This document shows, in pieces, positions 22,301-34,300 of a stretch of 64,000 nucleotides of DNA. The stretch covers positions 558,001-622,000 of the forward strand of contig NIVC01000292.1 of the NCBI GenBank assembly GCA_002269645.1, read 5' to 3'. The stretch is from Macrostomum lignano. Its lineage: Eukaryota. The notes below the pieces were generated by a model. That model worked only from the letters and a program-made list of their open reading frames with translations. It made no database searches and had not been told where the DNA came from. How positions within the stretch are numbered: the first letter of the stretch is position 1; every line of letters starts with the position of its first letter. The translations under genes were made by a program, and so were the position numbers.

Positions 22301-25300
22301 ACCCCCCAGACTCACCCAGCCCCCCCCCAGACTCACCCAGCCGGATCATCCCTGTCCACCTCGCCGTCAGCGTCGGGCTCCGGAGCGCTGAACTCGGGCG
22401 GCTTGTAGCCACCGGGCAGTTCGGCAGCCCAGGCCAGCTGGTCGGGCCGCAGCGGCAGGCGCGCCGGGCCGCCGGCACCAGGGTATGGCGACGTGAGCGA
22501 CAGCGTCTGGCTCGGAGTCCCGCCCTTGCCTGCTGCACCGTGGCTGAATGAGGGCTCCATGGAGTCGCCGTCGGCGTCCGCCTCTCTGGGTCGGCTGTGG
22601 CCGCGCCTTCGGTGGCCGGGTGAACCTGGTTGATGATAAACAGGAGTGAGTGCCATTTGATCTCAGTGAGTGCCATTTGATCTCAGTGAGTGCCATTTCA
22701 ACTGAGTGAGTGCCATTTCAACTGAGTGAGTGCCATTTCAGCTGAGTGAGTGCCATTACAACTGAGTGAGTGTCATTTCGTCTGAGTGAGTGCCATTTCA
22801 TCTGAGTGAGTGCCATTTCAACTGAGTGAGTGCCATTTCTTCTGAGTGAGTGCCATTTCATTTGAGTGAGTGCCATTTCAACTGAGTGAGTGCCATTTCA
22901 ACTGAGTGAGTGCCATTTCATTTGAGTGAGTGCCATTTCAACTGAGTGAGTGCCATTTCAACTGAGTGAGTGCCATTTCATTTGAGTGAGTGCCATTCCA
23001 AGCTCACCTCCGGAGCTCTCGGTGGCCGCCTTGAGCGACTGGACGGCGGTCATAAGGCTACTCAGGGTGCTCGTGACACTCTCGAACTGGAGCAGGAAGG
23101 GGGTGAAGCATTTGAAGGTTGAGAGTACAGTGAATCTGGGGATCTAATTCGAATACCCGGTGACGCACTTGGCTCTCCAGTCTGGCGATTCGGTCAGCAA
23201 CTTCCGGTGACATTTTGGCCACAACCATGTGCGGCTGCTGCTGCTGGGGTGGCGGCAGCGGCGGCGGCGGCAGCGCGGCCTGGGAGCCGGCCGAGGCAGC
23301 GGCTGGCAGCTGGTCCACTTTCTTGGAAAGGTTGGACAGCCTGCGGGGGCGGTGATGGAGATGGCTGCAGCTGCCCTGGGGTTTTTCGAATTACTGTTGA
23401 CCTCAACTGACGTCATGCATGTAAGGCCCCGATAATCTATACTCATACTCATTCGATACTCATTCACCTTAGTGAGTCACCGATAATCTCTATTGACCTC
23501 AATTGGTCGTCGATGACCTTCATTGACCTCAATGGGTCGCCGATGACCTTCATTGACCTCAATGAGTCACCGATGATCCCTATTGACCTTAATGAGTCAC
23601 CGATGACCTTTATTGACCTCAATGAGTCACCGATGACCTTCATTAACCTTAATGAATCACCGATGATCTCTATTGACCTCAATTGGTCGTCGATGACCTT
23701 CATTGACCTCAATGGGTCGCCGATGACCTTCATTGACCTCAATGAGTCACCGATGATCCCTATTGACCTTAATGAGTCACCGATGACCTTTATTGACCTC
23801 AATGAGTCACCGATGACCTTCATTAACCTTAATGAATCACCGATGATCTCTATTGACCTCACTAAGTCATCGATGACGTGCATTGACCTCGAGGTGTCAC
23901 CGTTAACCTCAAATTGATTTCACCTCTTAACCTCTTGGCTCAGAAAAATGGCTTCCAATTCATCGATGACCTATTTGTGAATCCTATAGCTTAGAGATAC
24001 CCGATGGACCTCAGTTAAATAAGCAATCATGATGAGCAAGTGCTCAGATGCATGAGCACTGCCACCCGCCAGCAACTCACTGGTCATTGCACTTCCTCAG
24101 GATGTTTTTATCGGCATCGCTATTGGCCTTCTTCATCCTGCGCGTAATCTCCAGGATATGCAGGCACTCCCAATTCTTCAGCTGCCGTTCGACTGACTCG
24201 GAGAATCGGTGCTCTGCAATGTTTTATTGGCCGATATGTATCGAAATTATACTTTACACGATTGTTTGTTGATGCTAATCATACTACTAAGTAGATTGTA
24301 GAGATTCTCGCAATTAAAAAAACTTCAAGAGGTATTTTCAAGAACAGAAAATAAAAAGACAAGCCGATATGTATCGAAAACAGAATAATGAATTGAAAAT
24401 TGCTTATGGATGGGATTATTAGTAGTTACTCGGCTGAAGAAACTGTCGGAACATCTGACCAAGGACCACGAATGCCAAAGCTAAGAAATTAATTTATTTC
24501 ACTAAATTTATCAATTCCATAACTTTGACGTCTTACGCCTTTTTTTCTGTTAATTCCCCAATAAAGATTGTGGCAGCTAAGCGGAATCGAACCCGGGACC
24601 TTCAGAGCGAGGCTTGGGGACTCACGCAGCGGGCTCCTGGTGTTGTAGCCGCAGCCGCAGCGGTGATTGGAGCAGCGCCAGCAGTGCTTGCACAGCAGAC
24701 GGATGAGCTGGTAGGCGTGGGAGAAGATGATGAGGGGCGGCGGCAGGCAGGGCTTCTCCGAGTACTCCCGCACCAGGCTGATCCGCATGAACCGCCAGGT
24801 ATCGTTTGTGTGGCCCTTCAGCGTGTTGAAGGTGTGCGCGAAGGTGGCGATCAGCAGGTTGAGCATGAGCACGTTGGCCAGGATGATGTAGGCGGCCAGC
24901 AGGATGGGGGAGATCCAAGTGCCCTCCGGCGTGGCGCACCGCGGCATGGTGTTGTTGGCCCACTCATCCTCATCGAAGGTGCACGGCAGCTCGCCCTGCA
25001 TGATGTCCAGCTGGAACTCGCCGAAGATCTGGTAGAAGGCGCGCTGGTACACGTCCTTGATGAGGCCGGCTTCTTTGAAGGAGTTGGGGAACAGGATGGC
25101 CTGCTGGGCGATGCCGTAGCCCGTCACCAGCACCAGGAACACCACCCAGAAGTGGAACAGGTCCCGGATCTGCGGGATGACGTGGCGTTAATTAAATCAT
25201 TTTGGGATCAGAGTGAATCATTTTGGGATCAGAGTGAATCATTTTGGGATCAGAGTGAATCATTTTGGGATCAGAGTGAATCATTTAAGGATCAGAGGGA

Positions 25301-28300
25301 ATCATTTGCGACATTAGAGTGAATCAATTAGGGATCAGTGTGAATCATTTTAGGATCAGAGTGAATCATTTGTGGGATCAGAGTGAATCATTTTGGGGTC
25401 AGAGTGAATCATTTGTGGGATCAGAGTGAATCATTTTGGGATCAGAGTGAATCATTTGTGGGATCAGAGTGAATCATTTGCAATCCGAGGATTAGCCGGG
25501 CGCTCACCATCCGGCCGATCATGACCAGGTACGGTCCGAGCGCGGAGTCCAGCGAGTAGAAGTGCAGCAGCCGGAAGAAGAACAGCACCAGGTCGATGGC
25601 GTAGAACACGCGGCCTGCGGCGAAGCCATCCTCAGTGGGCTGCACGCGGCACACAATGCCCAGCAGGAACAGCACCAGGATGACCATGTCCATGATGTTC
25701 CACGGGTCCGTGGCGTACTCGATCAGCTTCTCGCGGAACGTGTGCCGGTTCACGAATAGCGCCTGGGGATTCGGGGAGGTGGTAGTTTGGGGAGATTATG
25801 GGATTTGGAGATTGTGGGATTTGGCAGCTCGAGGAGAGGAGAGGATTTGGAGATTATGGGATTTGGAGATTGTGGGATTTGGGGAGTTCGATGAGATTAT
25901 GGGATTTTGGGAGTTGAGGAGATTGTGGGATTTTTGGAGATTGTGGGATTTGGCAGCTCGAGGAGAGGATAGGATTTTGGAGATTGTGGCATTGCAAGAG
26001 ATTGTAGGGTTTGAGAGGATTTGAGACTTACAATAAGAATTTTCAGAGCACTCACCTGGCGAATCTCCTCCACAATGAGGGTGCCAATCCAGATCATGAG
26101 CATGATCTCGGAGGGGTGGATCACCGGGTTGAACTCGGTGAGGATCACATAGGTGTACAGCAGCAGGAACATCAGGTAGAACAGGTAGTTGTACATGAAG
26201 ATCACCCGCGGCGACTGGTGAAATTCCAGCAGCTTGCGGCAGCAGCTGAGGGTGGAGCTGCCGCTCAGGAACCGGATGTTCTCCTTGGCCAGGCCGGTCT
26301 CCAGCTTCCGCCATCGGCGCGACAGGTCCCCGCCAGCCTCGGCCCGCCGCAGGAACAGCTCCTCGATGTCCTGGTCGGCGTCCATCTGCTGCAGCTGGGC
26401 GAGGCGCCGCTGCCGGGTCTCGGAGCTGTACACCGTGCCAAGCAGGGCGCCAATGAGGTACAGCGGGAAGCAGGCGATGGTGAGCACCACGTACACGAAC
26501 AGCTTCAGCGTGGCGTTCTGGCTGGAGATGCCGCCGTTCCAGACGTCGTTGAGCAGCCGCTGCGGGGCGTCCTGGCTGACGAAGTCGAGGCTGTGCGAGT
26601 AGCTCGCCAGCTGCAGCGGCGTGGAGCTGCCGAAGAACTCGGAGACGCGGATGAGCAGCAGCTCGGAGCGGATCGGGTCGCTCTTGGAGGTCTCGTTGCT
26701 GAGCTGGATGGCCAGCTGCTCGAACTCCCTGCCGGAGTTTTGGACAGACAGGGGGAGGGGGTGATGGAGCAGTAGGAGGCGGATGCTGAGCAGCTCAGTG
26801 AGAGGCGAGGCGTCGGAGTCTCGGGCCAGATGCACCTGAGCTCGATTCCGTGCGCGGCCCGCATTCAACTCAATCGGTGTGAGGCTTGAGGGGGGAGAGG
26901 GAAAGGGAGAGGGAGAGAGGGAGAGAGGGAGAGAGAGGGAAAGGGAGAGAGAGAGGGAGAGAGAGAGGGAGAGAGAGAGGGAGAGGGAGAGGGAGAGAGG
27001 GAGAGAGGGAGAGAGAGAGGGAGAGAGGGAGAGAGGGAGGAGAGAGGGAGAGAGAGAGGGAGAGAGGGAGAGAGAGAGGGAGAGAGGGAGAGAGAGAGGG
27101 AGAGAGGGAGAGAGAGAGGAGAGAGAGGGAGAGAGGGAGGGAGAGAGGGAGAGAGAGAGGGAGAGAGGGAGAGAGGGAGAGAGAGAGGAGAGAGGAGAGA
27201 GAGAGGGAGAGAGGGAGAGAGAGAGGGAGAGAGGGAGAGAGAGAGGGAGAGAGGAGAGAGGGAGGGAGAGAGGGAGAGAGAGAGGGAGAGAGGGAGAGAG
27301 GGAGAGAGAGAGGGAGAGAGGGAGAGAGAGAGGGAGAGAGGGAGAGAGAGAGGGAGAGAGGGAGAGAGAGAGGGAGAGGGAGAGGGAGAGAGGGAGAGGG
27401 AGAGAGAGAGGGAGAGAGGGAGAGAGAGAGGGAGAGAGGGAGAGAGAGAGGGAGAGAGGGAGAGAGAGAGGGAGAGAGGGAGAGAGAGAGGGAGAGAGGG
27501 AGAGAGAGAGGGAGAGGGAGAGAGGGAGAGAGGGGCAACACGACAGAAGCTGAATCTGCCCGATCAGCTTTTTTAGTGAAATAAATTGTCTGCGTATCCT
27601 TTTTTGAGCGTCAATCAGGTAAGAGGAGATAATGATCAAGGTAGGCTGCGGGGAGATGAGAGAAGGATGTGAAGGAAGGCACTCACCTGGCCGCATCTCG
27701 GATCTCCTGCTGTTCACGCATGTCGTCCTCGATGTTGTCTGCGATTTCGCTCCACACCCGATGGGCGAAGAGGGCGGCGGTGAGCGGCTCGGACACCTCC
27801 TCCCAGAGCAGGCGGGCCATGGACAGGCGGCTGGTGAGCACACTCCACACGAACAGGTCGTTGTAGGGATCGTCAAAGTGCGGCAGGGTGGCCTCCTGCT
27901 CGTCCTCCCCTGCAGCAATAAAATAAATAATCTTGCTGAAAATATTCTAGTAGCCTACTTTCAGTAGATGCAGTGTGCGTAAATAGATTTATATAGACAG
28001 ATTTATAGGAGATTGAAAGCTACATGCATGCGGATAACGGATAATATAGCCAGAAACGGAGGTATAAGACAGCTGAGCGCATATAAATCAAGGACGCAGG
28101 CCTAAAGAATCTGATTGGTCAATATTAGTCACGTGATTCGATAGATCGGGGTAGAAAATGTGGGGTTGCTTGCAAGATTTTGTAAAAAAGCAACCTCTCA
28201 TAGCCACCAACCAATCAAATCAGTTTGTCTAATATTCAAGTGGCACTTGGTCAATACTAAATTTCTAGTGTCTTAGTGGTCATTGCTTAGTCCGGAGTCT

Positions 28301-31300
28301 ATAGCAACTAATATAAATGTTGCTCAAATAATATAACATTGCGTGTTATGCATTGTGCATTATTAATAGCAGATGACCATGAGTAGAGTACAGAGGGATC
28401 TAAGCGTGGTAACTCACAACAAATCCGTTTGAACTCTGAAAAAACGGCGGTGAAGATTAGAGAGTGAGTGAGTGTGATTGAGTTACACCTGTCAAGTTTA
28501 GCAATTCAATTAGTCGCATAATTTGAGATTTTTAACTTTTGATTGAAATGAGTTTGTTAATAATTAATTCGAATACGGTAGGTTTTTACTAACGAAAAAC
28601 GGTAAAATGTATTTTAATCGATCAGTCGTAGATTTTAGCATAAAATAAACCTGTGAATTTAGAATAATCTACCACTAGATTATAACAAAAATCAAACAGT
28701 AACTTTTAACAAATAATCAGCCAGTAAATTATAACAAGAAATCAACTAGCGGAATTCGTCAAGGTCCATCCAGTAGATTATAACAAAATCCATTCCATAG
28801 ATTTTAGTAGTAGTAGTAATTTGGCTCAGGCAAGAAGCCTGTTTGGCCAGTATATGTCAGTGTATTTAATATTAATATTATTTCGATAGAATGGGATCTG
28901 TGCGGCGAGTTTTACAATAATATAGTATTTGAAAGAGCGCCAATTTTTTTTTTTCTACGAAACTTCAAAAACTCGCAGATTTAAATAATTTCGGCGGATT
29001 TTAAAATTAACACTGCCCCGTCAGTTTTAACAAAAAAGCCACGCAAACCGGAAAAAAACACGTATTTTACCGTCGGTTTTAGGAAAAAATGCCTACAGTT
29101 ATTGAAAAAGGTTAGCAGATGGCTCAAAAACATTAAATTGAAATTAGAAAAAACTGTCTAGAAATAAATTTCCAAATAAAATTAATGTTTCAAATACCCC
29201 CACTCACTCTGAACATAGATGGGCAGGCGGGCGTTCTTCAGTATGGGCAGCTTCTCCTTGGTGTCCTGGTCGCCCACTGGGCCCGGCTCGTCCGGCCGGA
29301 TGATCACGTCCGGGCACAGGCCGATGTAGCGGGGGTCGCTCAGGTAGGGCGACTGGAAGAACTGGCCGGCCACCGACTCCAGCACCTCGCCAACGTCTTC
29401 TAGCGAGAAATAGCGCTTGCCCTGGAGTTTGATGGCGTCAGGGTGTGGGAGTTCAATGCATGGGTGTCGGGATGTGGGGAATTCGATGCTTATAAAGTGT
29501 CAGGGTGTGGGGAATTCGATGCTTATAAAGTGTCAGGGTGTGGGGAATTCGATGCTTATAGTGTCATTATGTGGGGAATTCGATGCTTATAAAGTGTCAT
29601 TATGTGGGGAATTCGATGCTTATAAAGTGTCATTATGTGGGGAATTCGATGCTTTATAAAGTGTCAGGGTGTGGGGAATTTGATGTTCTAAGGTGTCAGA
29701 ATGTCTCACCTTGTCCCTCATCTTCATGAACACCTTCCAGATGTACTCCTTGGCTCTGTTGTCTGGGTAGATGGTGTTGTAGAGGAACACCAGCTTCTCA
29801 ATGCTGAGAAACTCCTTCATCATGAAGTTGTTGTCCAGGAAGATCTTGACGAACTTCGGCCTATCCAGCACCAAGGCCTTGTACATGAAGGGCTCCAGGG
29901 AATGGGTCTGCGGCGGAGGGGATGAATGGCAGGTTCGAGTTCAGCTGTGCCTGTTCTGAAACTTTTTATTTTGACATGAGAACAGAGAATTTCCAGATTG
30001 ACTCACCGACCACTCGAATTCGCCGTCGAACACGATCTTCCTGGCGATGTCGTCCCGGTTCAGCGTCAGGGCGAGCTTCAGCTGGTCCTCCTTCTTGTGA
30101 TTGGCTGCGCAGTTGCGGAGGCAAATGGGGGTGGGGTTAGTTTGCAATGTACATTAGCCTGACTACTCTAAGGCCAAAGCAATGTACATTAGCCTGACTA
30201 CTCTAGGGAAAAAGCAATGTACATTTAACTACGAATCCTATGTAATCTCATAATTATTATAGGGCCAAAGCAATGTACATCTAACTCATTTTTCTAGGGC
30301 CAAAGCAATGTATATTCAACTAATTATTCTAGGGCCAAAGAGATGCACATCCAACTAATTATTCTAGGGCCAAAGCAATGTACATCCAACTAATTATTCT
30401 AGGGCCAAAGCAATGTACATCCAACTAATTATTCTAGGGCCAAAGAAAAGTACATTAGCTTAGTTTCTCTACTGCCAAGTGACAGAATCAGGATGTCCAA
30501 TTCTCTCGAGTGCACGAGAACTCAAAAAGCTTGCAAATAAGCGCAGTTCACCTTTCATAATGGCCTGCAGGATGGCCACATCCAAGTTGCACGAGAAATC
30601 GTCGCTCTCCAGCTCGTACACGCTGACCAGGTGGTCGTACTTGAGAATGGTCTCAATCCAGTCCATGAGCTCCGGCACGCGCTTGTCGCCGAACTCGCCG
30701 CGGAGTCGGCTGGTCAGCTGGCGCACCTGGTCCTCGGTGAGCTGCCGCTCCACGCTGCAGATTCAAACAAAATTGGCGCGGATTTGAATAGACGAGTGCA
30801 AGGGCTGAGATGAGAAAGTATTGTATAGGATTTCATTAGGATACTTTCAGAAAATTATTAGAAGATGGTGCACAAGGTGGTTTCACGGGTTACCGAATTC
30901 TTATTTAGAATATATGTTACTCATTTGGGACGAAGCCCAAAAATCTGGCGCCCCCTTCACAGCAGCTGAGGCGCCCCTTGATGCTGGCGCCCTGACGATA
31001 GCGCTCCTGGTACTGCCCCTAGGATCGCTGCCCCCCAGAATGGCGCCCCCACGATGGCACCCCCATAGAATGGCGTCTCCCCAGAATGGCGCCCCTCTAA
31101 TTAGCGCCCCAGAAGAGCGCCCCACGATGGCACCACGATGGTACTGGCCTCATCGATGGCGGCCACGCAGCACTTTTGCAGTCCCCATTCTCCCAACAAT
31201 CCATGCAAGCCTTGCTGAGCATCTCAGAGGTGCCGAAATGACAAGCACTGAGTCCGTGAGTATCTTATTTGAGTCTCGTGAGAATCAGCATTGTCAGCTT

Positions 31301-34300
31301 GCAGGAGAGGGCACCCCTGCAGATGCACCCGTATACAGGTACATAAGCAGCGGCTCTGACTTTCCCATTGTCAGGCAGTGTGCACTCACCGCACTACCTC
31401 GTTGCCATCGGAGTCCTCCACCACCGCCTTGCTCGGCAGGCTGTGCGCGTAGGCGTAGGCCAGGATGTCAGCGGCTCCCTGGCTGCCGCGGACCAGCAGC
31501 ACTGGGGTGCCCTGCTCCACGGCGCACTTCACCGTCTGCACCGTGCCCGGGCCGCCCTGCACCACCAGGCAGACGGTGGGCACCTGGCCGGTGTCTTTGG
31601 CCGAGTCAGCCAAAGCGTGCTCGATTCGAGCTCGGGCGGGGATCTCGGTGCCGAACCGAAGCTGGGTGCCGTTGTCAACCAGCAGGAAGTGGGTGTGGTT
31701 CACGTCCAGGTTGCAGGTGTGCGGCAGCAGGCGGTAGCTGTGCCTGTAGGCCACCGGCTGCCCGCCGTGGCTGTCACACAGCAACTGGTCTCTGCGGAGT
31801 TGGTTGAGGATGAGGCGGTGCTTGTTGGGGATTCTGGGTAGCGGCTGCAATGTCTGACCAGCATGCATGACCATCTCATCATTGCCATGACCAACAAGTA
31901 TGACTATCTCATCATTGCCATGACCAGCAAGTATGACCATCTCATCATTACCATGACCAGCATGCATGACCATTTCATAACTGCCATGACCAGCAAGTAT
32001 GACCATCTCATCATTACCATGACCAGCATGCATGACCATTTCATAACTGCCATGACCAGCAAGTATGACCATCTCATCATTACCATGACCAGCATGCATG
32101 ACCATTTCATAACTGCCATGACCAGCAAGTATGACCATCTCATCATTGCCATGACCAGCAAGTATGACCATCTCATCATTACCATGACCAGCATGCATGA
32201 CCATTTCATAACTGCCATGACCAGCAAGTATGACCATCTCATCATTGCCATGACCAGCAAGTATGACCATCTCATCATTACCATGACCAGCATGCATGAC
32301 CATTTCATAACTGCCATGACTAGCATGCATGACCCATCATCATCCTATCATTGCCATGACCAGCAAGTATGACCATCTCATCATTACCATGACCAGCATG
32401 CATGACCATTTCATAACTGCCATGACCAGCAAGTATGACCATCTCATCATTACCATGACCAGCATGCATGACCATTTCATAACTGCCATGACTAGCATGC
32501 ATGACCCATCATCATCCTATCATTGCCATGACCAGCAAGTATGACCATCTCATCATTACCATGACCAGCATGCATGACCATTTCATAACTGCCATGACCA
32601 GCAAGTATGACCATCTCATCATTACCATGACCAGCATGCATGACCATTTCATAACTGCCATGACCAGCAAGTATGACCATCTCATCATTGCCATGACCAG
32701 CATGCATGACCATTTCATAACTGCCATGACTAGCATGCGTGACCCATCATCATCCTATCATTGCCATGACCAGCAAGTATGACCATCTAATCATTGCCAT
32801 GACCAGCATGCATGACTATTTCATAACTGCCATGACCAGCAAGTATGGCCATCTCATCATTGCCATGACCAGCAAGTATGACCATCTCATCATTACCATG
32901 ACCAGCATGCATGACCATTTCATAACTGCCATGACTAGCATGCGTGACCCATCATCATCCTATCATTGCCATGACCAGCAAGTATGACCATCTCATCATT
33001 GCCATGACCAGCAAGTATGACCATCTCATCATTACCATGACCAGCATGCATGACCATTTCATAACTGCCATGACTAGCATGCGTGACCCATCATCATCCT
33101 ATCATTGCCATGACCAGCATGCGTGACCCATCATCATCCTATCATTGCCATGACCAGCAAGTATGACCATCTCATCATTGCCATGACCAGCGTACCCCCC
33201 TCATCTCATCTCACCTGTCAGCCACGGTGCCCCAGGGCGCGATGCCCAGGCAGACCACTGGCCGCCCAACCCCGGATCCGTAGTCCTTGACCGCCTTGCC
33301 CGCCAGCTTCATGACGCCCTCGGAGGTGCCGCCGGTGATAATCCAGGCTCCCGTAGTCTTGGCGGCGTCCATCAGGCCTTTCTTGAAGGCCTTCTTCAGC
33401 CGTTTGTTCAGCTTGAGCTTCTTGGCGCCGCCAGTGACTGAGATGATCATGTTGGGAGGCTGGAGTCCCCAGATCTCCATCAGGAGTGACTTCACCGTCT
33501 CTGGATCGGTCGCGGCGTCCATACGGACGTACTGGGGGCAACAGTGAGAAATGATATGGTTGCAATGCACTCGCAATAGCACAGAATTTCATGAAGCCAG
33601 CCAGAGCTTCCTCCTCGCCTCACCTTAGAAATCTTGCCGCCAGGCAGCAGCATCTCTCCGCAAGCGTTGGTGGGGCCGCTGTCCGCGGTGCAGGTGTCCT
33701 CGCGCCACTTCTCGCCAACTCCGCCTGACCTGACGTGGTCGCCGCCAGCCGGGTAGCCACAGGCGCAGACCGCGTCATCGCTGATGGGGAGCATGTTTTG
33801 TTTATAACGATTTCAGTTGGCATCAGAGAATGCTAATAGCGTTACTAAATAAAAAGACCAACCTTGAGTCGTCATCCGGTCCGTAGACAAACTTGACGCA
33901 GGATCGCTTCTTAAAGTTCCTCCGGATCCATTCTAACTCGGGATCGGCATCTGCCTGTCTGCCCCTGACACCAGACTCCATAGGAATTTCCTCTACCTGG
34001 CCGTGCTCGTTAGAACGAAGGTCCGCGCCGCTGTCCTGCACCTTGTTGCTCCCAGCAGGTGGGCGCCTAGATATCTAATACAGCCAAGAATGAAGCGAAA
34101 AAAAATTATAAAAAGTAAAGTAAAAATATGAGTAAGAGTAAAAAGTCCAAATTTTCCAGCTTTTGAGAAATATTTTCTGACTCATTTATTAATCACAATC
34201 ACAAAATCCCCGATATTATTAATAATTGATTACACTAGCTCAACCTCAATGCATCTTTTGAGAAATGCTAAATCTAAGCAACAACACAAAAAAGCAGAAA

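Noticed and set aside
20825-22408. 527-aa plus-strand ORF ([19 protein letters not shown]; TQPPRL)
   Set aside because: Translation of two intronic arrays antisense to TRPM.
24230-24379. 17-bp direct repeat GCCGATATGTATCGAAA around 116 bp
   Set aside because: Could be a TSD, but the enclosed sequence has no poly(A), TIR or other element hallmark.
24570-24620. tRNA 3'-half-like GGTCCCGGGTTCGATTCC...GCCA; similar B boxes at about 52965 and 54510
   Set aside because: No 5' half or cloverleaf; not callable as tRNA genes, at most SINE debris.
25897-27918. 673-aa ORF with SL/SP repeats
   Set aside because: It fuses an out-of-frame exon, the GA tract and true exon 26728-26056; only the last part is coding.
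31834-32330. His/Met-rich repeat ([11 protein letters not shown]) in frame with TRPM exon 5
   Set aside because: The upstream exon ends in phase 2, which fits the acceptor at 31833; repeat-internal AGs near the exon are phase 0. Treated as intronic.
34066-34074. Acceptor at 34066 (CTAG) for TRPM exon 2
   Set aside because: It is phase 2 and has no matching upstream ATG exon; the acceptor at 34075 is phase 0 and fits exon 34334-34311.
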